Shown: positions 13,229-26,254 of the stretch, one piece after another
How the letters are laid out: every line of letters begins with the position of its first letter
Numbering within the stretch: the first letter of the stretch is position 1
NCBI RefSeq assembly: GCF_001194135.2
Contig: NC_068982.1
Location: 139,270,859-139,319,644, forward strand
Length of the DNA stretch: 48,786 nt
Source of the DNA: Octopus bimaculoides
Taxonomy: Eukaryota
Direction: 5' to 3'
The notes under the pieces: generated by a model
What the model was told of the DNA's origin: nothing
Databases searched by the model: none
Seen by the model: only the letters and a program-made list of their open reading frames with translations
Made by a program: the position numbers and the translations under genes

Positions 13229-13670
13229 TACATGTGCATAAACTTAACTGTGGACAAGTGTGCATACTGTTTTGATATGTATGAAAACACATGTATAATT
13301 GACTTTGAAGATTGAATTTTAAGACAAAATTCTTTTCAATAGGTAATCTCTTTAATCTTTTCGTTACATGTTTCATTTATCCAATGGCAATGTTAGACTA
13401 AATGAAATAGTGTTCAGTGAAGTAGTGATGTGACAATTGATAACTGCATACTGCTACTATCCTTTTATTCAAATGTCTTCTCCACTTCTTTCTTTCCTCA
13501 TTTATCTGATCAGCTATTCGTCTGCGTGCGTGCAATTCTTTCATTTTATACTCGTCTGTCTTATAAATATGCATAGTTAAAATAGCGTGTGAAAATATTT
13601 CCTTTTCTTTTCTTTGCGTGTAACGATGATATTTTAAAGAAAATTTAGTGCGTCTTCTCACAAACTCAAG

Positions 13671-13861
13671 TGATAATAGTTCCAAACCTTATTTCTTTAT
13701 GTTTTTTACATTGTAAGGAGATTGTTGAAGGACATTCGGCAAGTACTTCACCTTCACGTATATATGTGTATGCCTCTGTGAGTGTTTGTTTTTTGTAACT
13801 GCCTGTAAGTGTGTAAGTGTATGTATGTATACTTACGCACACATACATATCTTAAACATTT
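13671..13861. repeat. Interspersed repeat of about 190 bp (copy 2)
   Basis: Homologous to 10049-10241. Confidence 0.8.
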
Positions 13862-14195
13862 GCAAGAAAATGTTTAACAATAACATTGAATTTTAGGCTT
13901 TCTCCCCTTTGTCACGCTATAGGACAAATGTTAAGAAGCGGATGTTTGAAGTTACTATCAACCCTTTCCTTGCAAATGTTTAATAAGTTGATTTTATAAT
14001 AACTTGATAGGAAAACAACAGCAATGTAACTGCATTTGGCGATTTCTTTTTCTTGTTTGGATTTTTTCCTTTGTCCTTTCCGACGGAGGAAACGTCAAAA
14101 ACTCTTTCTTTTTTAATGAACGTGAAACTAATACATTCCTTGTGCACGTCCACTTGTTTTTTTTTATTGACTATATATATATATATATATATATG

Positions 14196-14538
14196 TGAAT
14201 AATAATAATAAATGAAGCAAACGCATATAAACAAAAGTTCCTTTAATTCCTACATATGTTTCAAAATATATGTGCACTCTACTCCAAAGAAGTAAGAGGC
14301 GCTGAAATTGCACATAAATTCAACTTCAGGGAACCAACATACAAAAAAAAAACAAGATAAGTTCAGAATGCATTTAGCACTTGCTTTTTGTATGTTGGTT
14401 CCCTGAAGATGAGTTTATGAGCAATTCCAGCACCTCTTACTTCTTTGGAGTAGAGGGCACATATATTTTGAAACATATGTAGGAATTAAAGGAACTTTTT
14501 GTTTATATGCGTTTTGGTCCATTTATTATTATTATTCA
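14196..14538. repeat. Long inverted repeat (foldback), arms about 150 bp, loop about 37 bp
   Basis: 14196-14347 is the reverse complement of 14385-14538. The inner 130 bp differ by 6 substitutions and 1 indel in my manual alignment. Confidence 0.95.
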
Positions 14539-14976
14539 TATCTACTCAAAATACATCACTTTAACTTGGTATTTCTACCTATTAACCGGGTATGATATCC
14601 CAGTTTTTCTGTTTTTTCCTACCCTGGTAACTATTAACATATTTTCATTATTGAAGTTTTTTCAACCGAGATAATATTAATATATTNNNNNNNNNNNNNN
14701 NNNNNNNNNNNNNNNNNNNNNNNNNNNNNNNNNNNNNNNNNNNNNNNNNNNNNNNNNNNNNNNNNNNNNNNNNNNNNNNNNNNNNNNNNNNNNNNNNNNN
14801 NNNNNNNNNNNNNNNNNNNNNNNNNNNNNNNNNNNNNNNNNNNNNNNNNNNNNNNNNNNNNNNNNNNNNNNNNNNNNNNNNNNNNNNNNNNNNNNNNNNN
14901 NNNNNNNNNNNNNNNNNNNNNNNNNNNNNNNNNNNNNNNNNNNNNNNNNNNNNNNNNNNNNATATATATATATCTA

Positions 14977-15024
14977 GGCGCAGGAGTGGCTGTGTGGATA
15001 GTAGCTTGCTTACCAACCACATGG
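14977..15024 (+). mobile_element. 5' head only of tRNA-derived SINE family C
   Basis: ggcgcaggagtggctgtgtggatagtagcttgcttaccaaccacatgg matches the head of 15628-16120. Confidence 0.8.
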
Positions 15025-15100
15025 GGTATATCAGCCGAAACGTAATAACATCAAACAAGATAAGGACAAATATCTGTTAAATGTAAATAATGTAAAAAAT
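15023..15100 (+). mobile_element. Truncated Penelope-type pLTR (3' half of the hammerhead module)
   Basis: gggtatatcagccgaaacgt..caaacaagataaggacaaatatc..aatgtaaataatgt matches the pLTR arms at 31632-31806 and 31973-32120. Confidence 0.8.
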
Positions 15101-15627
15101 GTTATATCTTTTTGTACCCTGAGTATGAATTCTCATTTGCACCTAACATCATAGGTGTATTAAATTATGCACCAACAAATTTGCACACACAAAAAAAGAA
15201 AACGAGAAGTAATTCCCGGCGAAAGAGCAAAAGAAACTAACGCGTTTTTTTTCCAATCCAACCAATAAGAAGCACAGCGAAGATTTGTAAGATATATTAA
15301 ATATTCTCCATGTGAGATTCTTATATGAATAGGAACACACACTTGAGTTTATGCATCAACAGTTCAACCAGCACACGAATTCAGCCGCATATTTACTAAA
15401 ACCGGAAACTCTCGTTACTCAAATGCTTTGTCGCTTGAACTAGCTTAATAACTTAAATAAAACTAAAAAACAAAAAAACATATCTACATGAGTAGATGTG
15501 TGTGTTTGTGGACAGAGTGATACTGATGTAATGGTATCCACCTATTAAATATGGATATACATCCATATATACCAAATGAAAGGTCATGTCAAATATGCAA
15601 TACATTTTCCCAAAAATCTGTGCATTA

Positions 15628-15869
15628 GGCGAGAAAGGAGAGGCTGTGCGGTAAGTAGTTTGCTTAACTACTACATGGTTTCCAGGACCAGTCCCACTGC
15701 GTGGCACCTTGGGTAAGTGTCTTCTGCCATAGTCTCGGGCCGACCAACGCCTTGTGAGTGGATTGGGGAGACGGAAACTGAAAGAAGCTCGTCGTATATA
15801 TATATATATATATACATNNNNNNNNNNNNNNNNNNNNNNNNNNNNNNNNNNNNNNNNNNNNNNNNNNNN

Positions 15870-15909
<40 letters not shown>

Positions 15910-16120
15910 CGTGCGTGTGTGTGTGTGTGTTTGTACCCTTCACCATCGATTGACAACCGATGCTGGTGCGTTAATGTCTCCGTAAATAAGCGGTTCGACA
16001 AAAAGAGACCGATAGAAAAAGTACTAGGCTTACAAAGAGTAAGTCTTGGGGTCCATTTGCTCGACTAAAGGGTGTTGCTCCAGCATGGCCACAGTCAAAG
16101 GACTGAAACAAATAAGAAAA
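15628..16120 (+). mobile_element. tRNA-derived SINE family C (CORE-like body) with internal (TA)n/(TG)n
   Basis: tRNA-like head, then cccactgcgtggcaccttgggtaagtgtcttct, which resembles the CORE-SINE ccttgggcaag motif. An internal microsatellite and gap follow, and the 3' part ends cagcatggccacagtcaaaggactgaaacaaataaga. Formal family name not verified. Confidence 0.85.
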
Positions 16121-17050
16121 AGACAGAAGAAAAAGAATTATATTACCTGACATCTCAAAATGTGTGCCTTTGTCTGAATCAATGTTGCAGTTACCCTCTC
16201 TCCTCTTCTCTCTCTAACCCCCATCTCTCTCCCTCTCTCTTGTAATTTCAGCCTTTTAAATTCTCAGATATATTGAATTCTATAACTCCCCAAAAGCTCA
16301 AATAAATACACATAGAATACTTATGCTTACAGACGGGTTTATTGAAGTAATTTCCGTTGCTAACGAAGTCACCATGTCTAAATTATCTCTTATTTTCCCA
16401 TGAGCTATCTTAACACGCTAGTGTTCCTAACTAAGCTTATTTGGCTTTACATCATATTAAATATACTCTGAAAACTGTATTTGGATAAACCTAATTTCTG
16501 CTCGGCAAACATCCAGTACAAGTTTTGCCCATGTCATTCTCAAGTTTGTTTTGGCAGTTGTTCAATAGTGAGCAGCGGCCTCTTTCTTGAAGCTTACAAT
16601 CTGCTCTCTATAAAAGAGATGTATATTCTGGATAATGAAAGCTGAAATATATAAGATGTGAGAAACAAAAAATGCTGTGTCGGAGCTGGAATGCCAGTCA
16701 ATTGTTGTGGGTTGTATCATATGGAAATTTAAGTTGATACTTGTAAAAATTGTCTTCTTGATACGAAAAGTGAAACATTCGCGTTTGACATTTTTAAAGC
16801 TGTTTTTTTTTTCGCTCTAATTTACTCCAACTTACGTTTCCAGTCAGATTTTCGTAGATTAAGATTTATTATTTATAGATTTCGTATATCTATAAATATA
16901 TATACAAAATTCTAAATTTGTTCTTAATCAGTTGGATAACAACTCTTATGCTGCTAAAAGATACATTATTTATAAAATTTAATAAAATAAACGGAGAAAA
17001 AGTTTAAGAAGTAAACTTCTGACTGTTTTTTTTATATTATAGATGTTAAT

Positions 17051-17240
17051 AAGGCGGTGAGTCTCAGATTCGTTAGGACGTAGGTCAAAATGTTTGGCGG
17101 CATTTCTACCATCTTTACGTTGCCTGCATCTACTTTACCTTTCATTCTTTCGGACTCAATGAAATAAATACCAGTTGAATACTGGGGTCGATCTTAATTG
17201 ACTTAGCCGAAATTGCTGGCCATATGCCAACGTTAGAAGC
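17051..17240 (+). mobile_element. tRNA-derived SINE family A, diverged and internally deleted
   Basis: aaggcggtgagtctcagattcgttag..taccagttgaatactggggtcgatc matches family A. Confidence 0.75.
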
Positions 17241-18169
17241 CTTTATCGCTGATTTTTAATCCTGCCGGATGACAACCTTATTCTTAAGGCCATTGGGCTA
17301 ATTGTAATACATGTTGATTCATACGCAGCGGTCAGTACTTAAAGAGAGAACAAACCCCAGAAGTTTTACCGTCACTACGATCACCTTTGCGTCGGTTGAA
17401 AGTTGTAAGCCCTATGTCTATTTTAGCAATGGACATTACGAGAATTGGCGACGTGTACAATTTGCTGAGAACATATTAGAGAAGCCAAACCCAGAAAATA
17501 TCGATGTCTACCTAAGGACATCAATAATGGAAGTGAAACGAAATTAATTTATTTAAAAATCAATTCTGTCCATTGCATGCAATTAATCGCTCCTTTTACA
17601 TTTACTACAAACACCAACAACTATTAAACATGGTTTCTCTTCATCTCTTTTCTCTGGTTCTTCTCCAATTACAACAAATACACACACACACAAAATCATA
17701 CATGCATGCGCATAGAGACTGTGATGATTTTGCGACGTGTAACATGGACATTAGTAAAATTAGTATTTGAAAAGCAAACAAATTCAATACTTGATTCCTA
17801 TTAAATATGAAGCAATGATATCGATACGGCTCTTTGGTAAAGCATTATATTCATTCAGAACACATTTAGTGTAAACAGAATAATATTGTACGTAATTATC
17901 GAAATTAGTACGTTGTCACTAATGACAGTGAAAGAGATATATTGATTATTTTGGCCTCATCTGATTCTTCATGAAAGTGTAAACAATTACTTGAAGAATC
18001 ACAAGGAATAAAATTTGAATACTTTAGGATTTATACGTTGTAATTGTTCGTTTATTCTGTTATTCTTTTGTTCTATTAATGGGTTAAGTCGTAGGCATGC
18101 AGTCAGGTTGGTGCACTGCCTTGATTTATTTCCTGTCAGTTTTATTGTTCGCTCTATGGATGGACGTTG

Positions 18170-18620
18170 GTCTATGATTGACTTTTGGAGTAGCTGATCT
18201 TCTGTGGGTGTATCCTTAAATGGTTGTCTGAACCGGTGTTTTCGTTAGGAATCAATCCAATGTTTCTTTTTTTCTCTTGAATATTTCAGTAAAGGTCCCT
18301 TTTAAATTTTTGCTTTCTTTAGGTAAGCAGTCCAACGTTTGAAGCCCTCTAAATATCATATTGTTACACTTGAGAGTTTTTGCTCGTGACTTCGAAAGTG
18401 GTACATTTCGGAAGATGACAATATCTACTTCTTCATGCATTAAAATTCTCTCTAATTCCGAAATTTGTAACATATCCCTCCAGGATTTTCCATATGTGTA
18501 TCTCTCTGTTCGGCATTCAAGAGGGTAGAGGTACATTGCTTTCAGAGGTTTGCAGTAATTAAGGCTTTTAACCGTTATTTTACTGGTAGACGTTCTCTGT
18601 AATCCTTCAATTTCATCTAT
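18170..18620 (-). mobile_element. CR1/L2/Jockey-group LINE 3' end relic
   Basis: ORF 18252..18536: ELERILMHEE..KSRAKTLKCNNMIFRGLQTLDCLPKESKNLKGTFTEIFKRK, continuing out of frame as PVQTT..GYTHRRSAT. This is typical of the post-RT C-terminus (..GP.LFN.LP..LRN....FK.KLD..L..PDQP). Confidence 0.7.
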
Positions 18621-18899
18621 GAAACCGGATGAGTTAGAAGACCAAAGCTGTAGGCAGTAATCTAATCTACCTAGAAGTAAATGTTTTCTATAGAGCTAGC
18701 ATAACTACTGATTCTGTTGCCACGAAGGTTCGAAGGATCCGTCCTATGAGATGTCTGTATTTTGAGGGCAGTTTGATGATGCAAGCTGAAGAATAATGTA
18801 ATTTGTTAGTAATTGTTGTTGACGTTGTTATTGTTAATTACCATCATATTACTGTTGGTGACAAGCGTCTAGTACCATACGCTTCCTTGCTATGCGAAT

Positions 18900-19130
18900 A
18901 TCTATGGAGCCCCTACGTGATGGCACGACCGACTGACTAGAAATAGCAGTCAAATTTCCCTTAATCTTTATACAACAGTCTTAAGAAATATGTGGGGAAA
19001 TTACCTGGCCAGACACGCACTCAATACGATATTTGAGTGAAGAAAAACACTGATAGTTATAGCTGTTCAAATCTGATATTTTTGTAAGACGATGGGGCAA
19101 AGCCACAGGAAAACAAACAACACGCATGAT
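18900..19130 (+). repeat. Diverged interspersed repeat fragment
   Basis: Its core ctagaaatagcagtcaaa recurs in reverse at about 40100-40120 (tgctgctatttctag). Confidence 0.4.
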
Positions 19131-20182
19131 ACTAGCTATACGCTGAAGTCTTAATCATTTATTTATTTATTTAATTAGTTAGTTTGATACTCAGTAATTG
19201 TTCTTGTTGTTCTTGTTACACTACCTAATGCTTGCGTTATCATGATGCCCACATAACGACTCAAGGACCAATTGAAAACGATGTTAATAATATAATTATG
19301 CCTGATTCAATTTTACCATCTCTATCATCTTTTTGCAGTAATGTGTGCTGTTGTAAAGTTCCCCGTATATCATTGCGTAGCAAACTCCCTCCTTCTACAT
19401 GTATCACGTAGTCACACTTACCCCGCATTTTTATTATGTTACTATATAAACTAAAATACACTTCATTGCTTTCTCCCTTTCTTTGTTTTCTTTCACATTC
19501 TCTCTCTAAATCCCTCTTTCCTTTCCAATTCATCTTAGTTCGAGTGTTACAAACCTATTAATTTCTACTTTTTTATGTCACTTTCTGCCTTGTTTTATTC
19601 ATTTTCATTTTATTATTTTCTGTGTAACATATCACTTCATCGTAGGGTAATATCTTACTGCATTGTGAGTTGACGGTTGATTGATTGCTTTATATATCTG
19701 ACTTTGCTGTTGTCATTTATCTTGCACCTACACACTCTTTAAATACACTTAACTGGTGAAGATTCAAAATGTTGGCCGCACAACAAGGCTTTAGCCAGAA
19801 GTGAAGAATTGCATGGAGACGGGGATGAGCTGAAGCAAAGCGGCCTTTCGTCATATTATTTCTTTTCTAATTTTCTGAAATCGAGCTTAATCTCCTATGG
19901 CACATTTTATGAGAGCAGCTGTGGTTTTCATTCCTTAAACAATATTCTCGTCTTAAACAACTAAACCAATTAAATTTCGACTTAGAAATAAATTGTTCTG
20001 CATTGCAGTAATGACACCCTCCTAGAGAAAGAGTCCACACTGTTATATATAAGTGGATACATATATGAATGCATGTATGCATACACACACGCGCACGCAC
20101 GCACACACANNNNNNNNNNTGCGTGTTTTACGTATGTGTATGCATGTATGTACCTATCTATCTATAAAATTGCGTGTGTGTA

Positions 20183-20363
<181 letters not shown>

Positions 20364-21266
20364 GATTCAAAACCTTTTATGATGCACTTCCCATTTATTT
20401 GTAGACTTACCAATTTATTATTAGACGAGTGAACCAACAAGAACATAAAAACCAGGAAACAAATACCTAAGCAGGTTACAAAAGAACAATGGTTATTATG
20501 GAATTGCTTCAACTCTAGTCACATGGGCAGTAATTTACAGCAAAGTGTTTAGACAATAAGATCACTGCCACTACACAACTGACTTTATTCATAAACTTCC
20601 TAAGGATGAATAACGAAGTGTCTCTTGGTTGTCTTTGAACCGAAAGTAATTCCACAAGACATCATTATCAGATTCACTCTCTAACGATTCTGTTAGCCTA
20701 TCGACTTACTGTTTTTTTTGAAATAGAGTATTTTTTATTTATCATCATGATTCAATTATTTCACATTTGAAACAAGATATTCATTATATTTTCCTTTTAA
20801 CATGTTTTACCCATCCCCACCACGCCTAAAAACATATTTTAATAGACTCTCATCAATTCTACAAGTTAAATGGATCGCTGGTCAATTTAATCACCGTCAG
20901 AGCAGATATCTCTTTTTCTATAGAAAGATAATTCTTATCTTCATTAATTGAAATCCTCTTCCTGTTTTTGTAGAACCTAGGACGATTGTTTGGATATTAC
21001 TTTTGCGTCTTTGTACCGTTGGTGTTATCTTATTAAATCGATGTAGAGAATTGATATATAAGCATCGAAGAAGAAATCCACGACAATTATGAGCTCAATA
21101 AATAACAGGTCGTTAATCTCCAACACGTTAATACATTACATTAAATTCAAATAAGAATGACTTGTCCTGTATACGTATAATCGTCAAATACGATGTTGAA
21201 AATTGAAAGATTTAGAGTAAAACAGAAACATACGTATTTCAAATGTAATTATTATTTTTAACTGTC

Positions 21267-21341
21267 TTCTTCTTCTTCTTCTTCTTCTTCTTCTTCTTCT
21301 TCTTCTTCTTCTTCTTCTTCTTCTTCTTCTTCTTCTTCTTC
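21267..21341. repeat. (TTC)25 microsatellite
   Basis: Directly visible. Confidence 0.95.
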
Positions 21342-21352
21342 CGGTTGGCATT

Positions 21353-21436
21353 TAAACGATTTTCTCATTGACATATGCCTGTTGATGTCGGTAAACGATT
21401 TTCTCATTGGCAAATGTCTGTTGATGTTGGTAAACG
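21353..21436. repeat. 39-bp tandem repeat, about 2.2 units
   Basis: taaacg starts at 21353, 21392 and 21431; the two full units differ at 4 positions. Confidence 0.95.
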
Positions 21437-21882
21437 CTACTGTTAAATAAATTTAATCAAATACTTGCACATCCTAAATATATTATTGTAATTTAATGAT
21501 GTTCATCCTCATGAAACAGCTGTTGAACCTAATTTGATTATGAACAATGTGTGAAATTTCGGCTTTTTTTGCTTTTACTCTAGGTTTCTTATTTTATTGT
21601 AAAACTATTGTTGACATATCAGTATTCGGTAAGAATTTCTATTTGGACAGTTTACGTAAAATAATCTTCTTAATTTCTTTCTGTAGTATGTTGATAGTGA
21701 ATTAGTCGCCATACTGCACAACTTGAGTGGATATAAGAACCGGTTTTGTGGAATTTGTGTCAGAACGCCACACAAATATTGGCGCACCCTTTCAGTTCCC
21801 AACCTGTAAATGTATGTATGTATGTATGTATGTATGTATGTGTGTAAGCATACGTGTGTGCGTTTGTGTTTGTATGTGTGTG

Positions 21883-22050
21883 TATATTGACTAACGCATA
21901 CATTTCGACCATTCTCAACCGATTTTCACCAAACTTTACACACCCATTACTTATGCACATTTTGCCCAGAACTCCCACGTAAATGAACAAACCGGGAAAA
22001 ACCGTCGTTGACACGTGTTTTTTGCTAATTCGTTGTATGTACATAGTTTT
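21883..22050 (-). mobile_element. Helentron/DINE-1-like non-autonomous repeat (copy 1)
   Basis: Reverse complement of 28126-28316 with a deletion of about 23 bp. Contains ccgattttcaccaaactt and abuts microsatellite. Family assignment is inferred from resemblance. Confidence 0.5.
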
Positions 22051-23249
22051 TGGCACGTAGGATCTCCCATACTTCTTTAATCTATATGGTCATGTATTGG
22101 CATTGGAGAAATGGTGTTAGTAGTTTTCACATTTATTTATTTATTATTTATTTATATGTTGTAATTGTGTATAATTACTTACTATATATTTTTTATATGT
22201 GTATTGTTTGAGTGTTTTAGCCAGAGAATAACATAAAAGTGAAAGCATTTTGTCTATTTATTTATTTCGACTCTCCACCCGGGACGGTGATTAAACTCAC
22301 TACGAACACTGTATGTGATGAACATCCAATGACAAATGTAATGTTACCTTCCCTCTCTTCTATTTGTTGATACTGTTGTTAACCTACCAATGCATTGTTT
22401 CACTTTAAGGACATTTATTTACCCATCATTGTGATAATTTGGCTGTTGTCCATTGTTTCAGCTACGTTTTAGCATTGTCGTTCTAACTTTTTACACAATC
22501 ACATATGATTCTTCCCAAAGAATCAACCTTTAAATAAGAGGTTTCCTTCCACTAGCGGAAGCTATACGTATCTTACATAAAGCTCCATACCAATTTAACT
22601 TTATGCAGTATTCGCTGTTAGTTTATCCACAGGCAATATGGGAAGACAGAATAAAGGGGATTTTGTTAGCTTATAATAAAATCGATAATTACTTGGTACA
22701 CTCAAACCAATTTTTCTTTTCCAGATGATACAAAATCAAAGCAGTATTCGTGAACTGAAGTCAAACTCTTAATGTTTTCATTTTTCGTTTCCTGAAGTCA
22801 ATTTCAGAATGGTCGTACATTGTAACCACGTAGCAAATACATTCTTTTAACTCTACTTTTTTAGGTAGGTATTATATTGCAATTTTGGACACAGCAATCA
22901 TACTTCTCTCCGAAAAAATAGCTCTCATTCCTATTGACTTAAATAGACTTGCAGAAGGGAAGTTTCAACGTCTTCCTTCAATTTCCTTAGTCCATTTATG
23001 TGACTGCTTCTGAAGAGAAACTTCGCTTTCGTGTAATACAACTATAATTTGTAGTCATTATCCGTAATCTACTCCCAAAACACTTCAGTAGCTCTACTTT
23101 GCATCACATGCAAACTTACATGCTCTATCATCATTAAGATGCTAGGACATCCACAATAACCATCCTTCAATCTGGTTTTCCGTACCTAAGTTAATCGGAA
23201 ACATAGATTGCTGTGCTACTTATAAACATACTCGGTATTTCAGTTATAT

Positions 23250-23282
<33 letters not shown>

Positions 23283-23294
23283 NNNNNNNNNNTG

Positions 23295-23700
23295 TTACAC
23301 TCAGGTGGTGCATTAGGTTCTTTTGCAAAACCCATCACCTAACGTTACTGTGGAATCACTTAAAAACCTGGTGTCTGGTATCTCGTGCATATGTTCAAAC
23401 AACATCGGCTTGATAGAGGGAGTGCGCTAATGTACGAAACAAACCTTTGATCAATATATGCAAATCATTCGGTGCAGGTTCATCAAAATCTTGAGGGATT
23501 TGTATGGGGTGAATGTAGATGTAATCAAAACAAAACTGGATTTTCTCCTGTCGAAAGTTACAGATGAACCTATCTCACGGCAGAAAGAACAGGTGAGGGC
23601 AGTAATATCAAGCACACTCATTCACCTAATTTCACATATCAGAGGAGATCCCAAGTACCAAATCTAACGGCGGTACTCCAGCATGAGCACAGACCTCGAG
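23295..23700 (+). mobile_element. CR1/L2/Jockey-group LINE 3' end relic
   Basis: ORF 23458..23667: KILRDLYGVNVDVIKTKLDFLLSKVTDEPISRQKEQVRAVISSTL, the same C-terminal motif as 18170-18620. Confidence 0.75.
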
Positions 23701-24505
23701 CTGCGACTAGTTAAAGACTAGTTAAAGATTGTACACATACATAAAAGTGATAAAATAATATTGTGACAATGAGGAATGTACAGTCATGGCACCATAATAT
23801 TCACACAAATAATGAGTGTAAATGGAATGTAAACGTCTTGTATATATCGTTAAATGGCTACAATGCCACTTCAAATATACACATAGGCACGTAAATGCAT
23901 ACACACACGCACACGCACAAACATACATGTGTTTTTGGATAGTCTATTGCTTTCTGTGATAATCACGTTATAAATTACTCACAGAAAAAGGAAATGTTCA
24001 TGAATATTTGATTATAGATCATCTTCCTCTAATTCACAAGAAATTGTTGTTATAAAAACATTTCCAAAGATAGCTGTCTTAAGTGGCAAGAAAATCAGCC
24101 TCTCATCATTGCTATTATCTGAACTGTACCTCTTCTGTGTACCTACGAATGTTATAGAGATGTCAACATGACGTACATATGTATAAATATATATGTATAT
24201 GTGTGTATGTGTGTGTCTATGTATGTATGTGATTATGTAAGTATATAAATATAGTGACGTGACTAAAGTGTTCAGGATATTAACATCAAATTTACCTTTA
24301 AACTTAATCTGAACGTGACAAGTGAAAATGTCTGAGTACGTATTCTCTATCTTTCAAGTAATGAAGAAAAGTTGACATTTATAGTGTATTAACCTAGAAT
24401 AATAGCGAACTGATTATTCAACTGTGACTCCATATATCTTTAAATATAGACGTTAATAGCTGATCGTTTCTAGAATAGTAATGGATGCATACATACATAC
24501 ATACA

Positions 24506-24536
<31 letters not shown>

Positions 24537-25539
24537 GCATTTATATGAATGTGTATATATATACATATATATNNNNNNNNNNNNNNNNNNNNNNNNNNNN
24601 NNNNNNNNNNNNNNNNNNNNNNNNNNNNNNNNNNNNNNNNNNNNNNNNNNNNNNNNNNNNNNNNNNNNNNNNNNNNNNNNNNNNNNNNNNNNNNNNNNNN
24701 NNNNNNNNNNNNNNNNNNNNNNNNTATATATATATATATATGGATATATCAAATCCAAAAACGAAATATTGATATAGATATATACATACATTTACATACA
24801 TACACATGTATATATGTGTGTGTATATGTGTATGTGTATAGATATGTATATACATACGCGTACACTCATATATTCATGTATATATATACATGTATGCCTG
24901 CCTGTATGTGTGTGCTTTGAACAAAAATAACACTACTGAAATTGAATTGATAAATACGATTTTAACCCTAACACAAGCAAACTTAAAATGGTGAGGCAAA
25001 CCCTCCGCCTGACTGACCCATTGTATTACAATTCCTAAAGTTGTAACATCTACATATACCACAGTAAAAAAAAATGCTTACAGTGCAGACGACTGTCTTA
25101 ATATGCATTATCCTAAATACTTTAAGAAGAAAATGTTTATCAATACTCTAATGCTTTGTAATGCAAATCTTATTGTTTATTGCTTACGTGTTGCTGAAAA
25201 TAACGAACAAATTTACAATACAGAAAAGTTCTACCTCGTCTAATCAATGAGAACATTTCTAGTTATAAACTCCCTGTATTTGAGGAGGATATTCGAAGTG
25301 ATTGTTGTCTGTTTTATTAACTTTTGGGAAGGAATGGTTCGATTAGACGAAATAATTTGTAAATTATGAGGTTCATTATATTGGTCTCTTGTCACATCAT
25401 ACAGACGAGTACATATACATACATACATACATACATACATACATGCATGCATTCAAGCATGCATGCATGCATGCATACATACATAAATACATGCATACAT
25501 ACATACATACATACATACATAATATTTATATCTACCTTG

Positions 25540-25815
25540 CAGATGTAAATATCTCATTGAAAATCAAAGACAATGAAGATATCTATGGACAACGGCTTCG
25601 AAACCTCCACATTTTATATCCAGACTATGAATTCATATTCATACCGATAATAATTGGACCACTAGGTTTCGTTAAAGGACAATCTACTTTAAAGAGAATC
25701 TGGATAAACTGGGATTTTCAGAAACAGAAACTGACCGTCTGATTCGTATATTACAAGGGCAATCTGTGAGTGGAAGAGTAAAAATATGCAAGAAATTTCT
25801 CAAGTTCCAAATGTG
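25540..25815 (+). mobile_element. RLE-type (R2/R4/NeSL superfamily) non-LTR retrotransposon 3' relic
   Basis: ADVNISLKIKDNEDIYGQRLRNLHILYPDYEFIFIPIIIGPLGFV, then out of frame ENLDKLGFSETETDRLIRILQGQSVSGRVKICKKFLKF. This fits the C-terminal half of a restriction-like endonuclease (..K..KY..L.. P.I.G.LG). Confidence 0.75.
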
Positions 25816-26061
25816 AATTCGACTGTATTAAATACATGCCAAATATGGAGTCTTGTATCTTCGTTGGAAACCGATTCTTTCTCTATTGACAAGAAGTCAT
25901 GAAATAAAACTAAACAATAACGTACAGACATACATACATAAATGCAGAGCCAGAAACGGTTGGTGTGTCTCATTGAGTATGCCTTCTTCAGAAGTGTGTA
26001 ATGGGCACCCAGCAGAACTAAAAAGACACTCGCACATCCATACACGCACGCACGCACAGAC

Positions 26062-26092
<31 letters not shown>

Positions 26093-26095
26093 AGC

Positions 26096-26154
<59 letters not shown>

Positions 26155-26254
26155 NNNNNNNNNNNNNNNNNNNNNNNNNNNNNNNNNNNNNNNNNNNNNN
26201 NNNNNNNNNNNNNNNNNNNNNNNNNNNNNNNNNNNNNNNNNNNNNNNNNNNNTA

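Noticed and set aside
16598-16641. Similarity of NIHLFYREQI to Ras DIHxYREQI, with an AG at the equivalent of the Ras intron position
   Set aside because: Downstream sequence does not continue as KRVKD..VLVGNKCDL and no other Ras motifs were found.
19760-19860. THAP-like LLCGQHFES on the minus strand
   Set aside because: Short frame bounded by stops, lacking the N-terminal Cys and Trp/Pro motifs.
21353-21436. CRISPR-like array (also the 17-bp triple repeat at 29286-29771)
   Set aside because: No unique spacers in the 39-bp repeat; the 17-bp repeats are separated by homologous SINEs; eukaryotic context with no cas genes.
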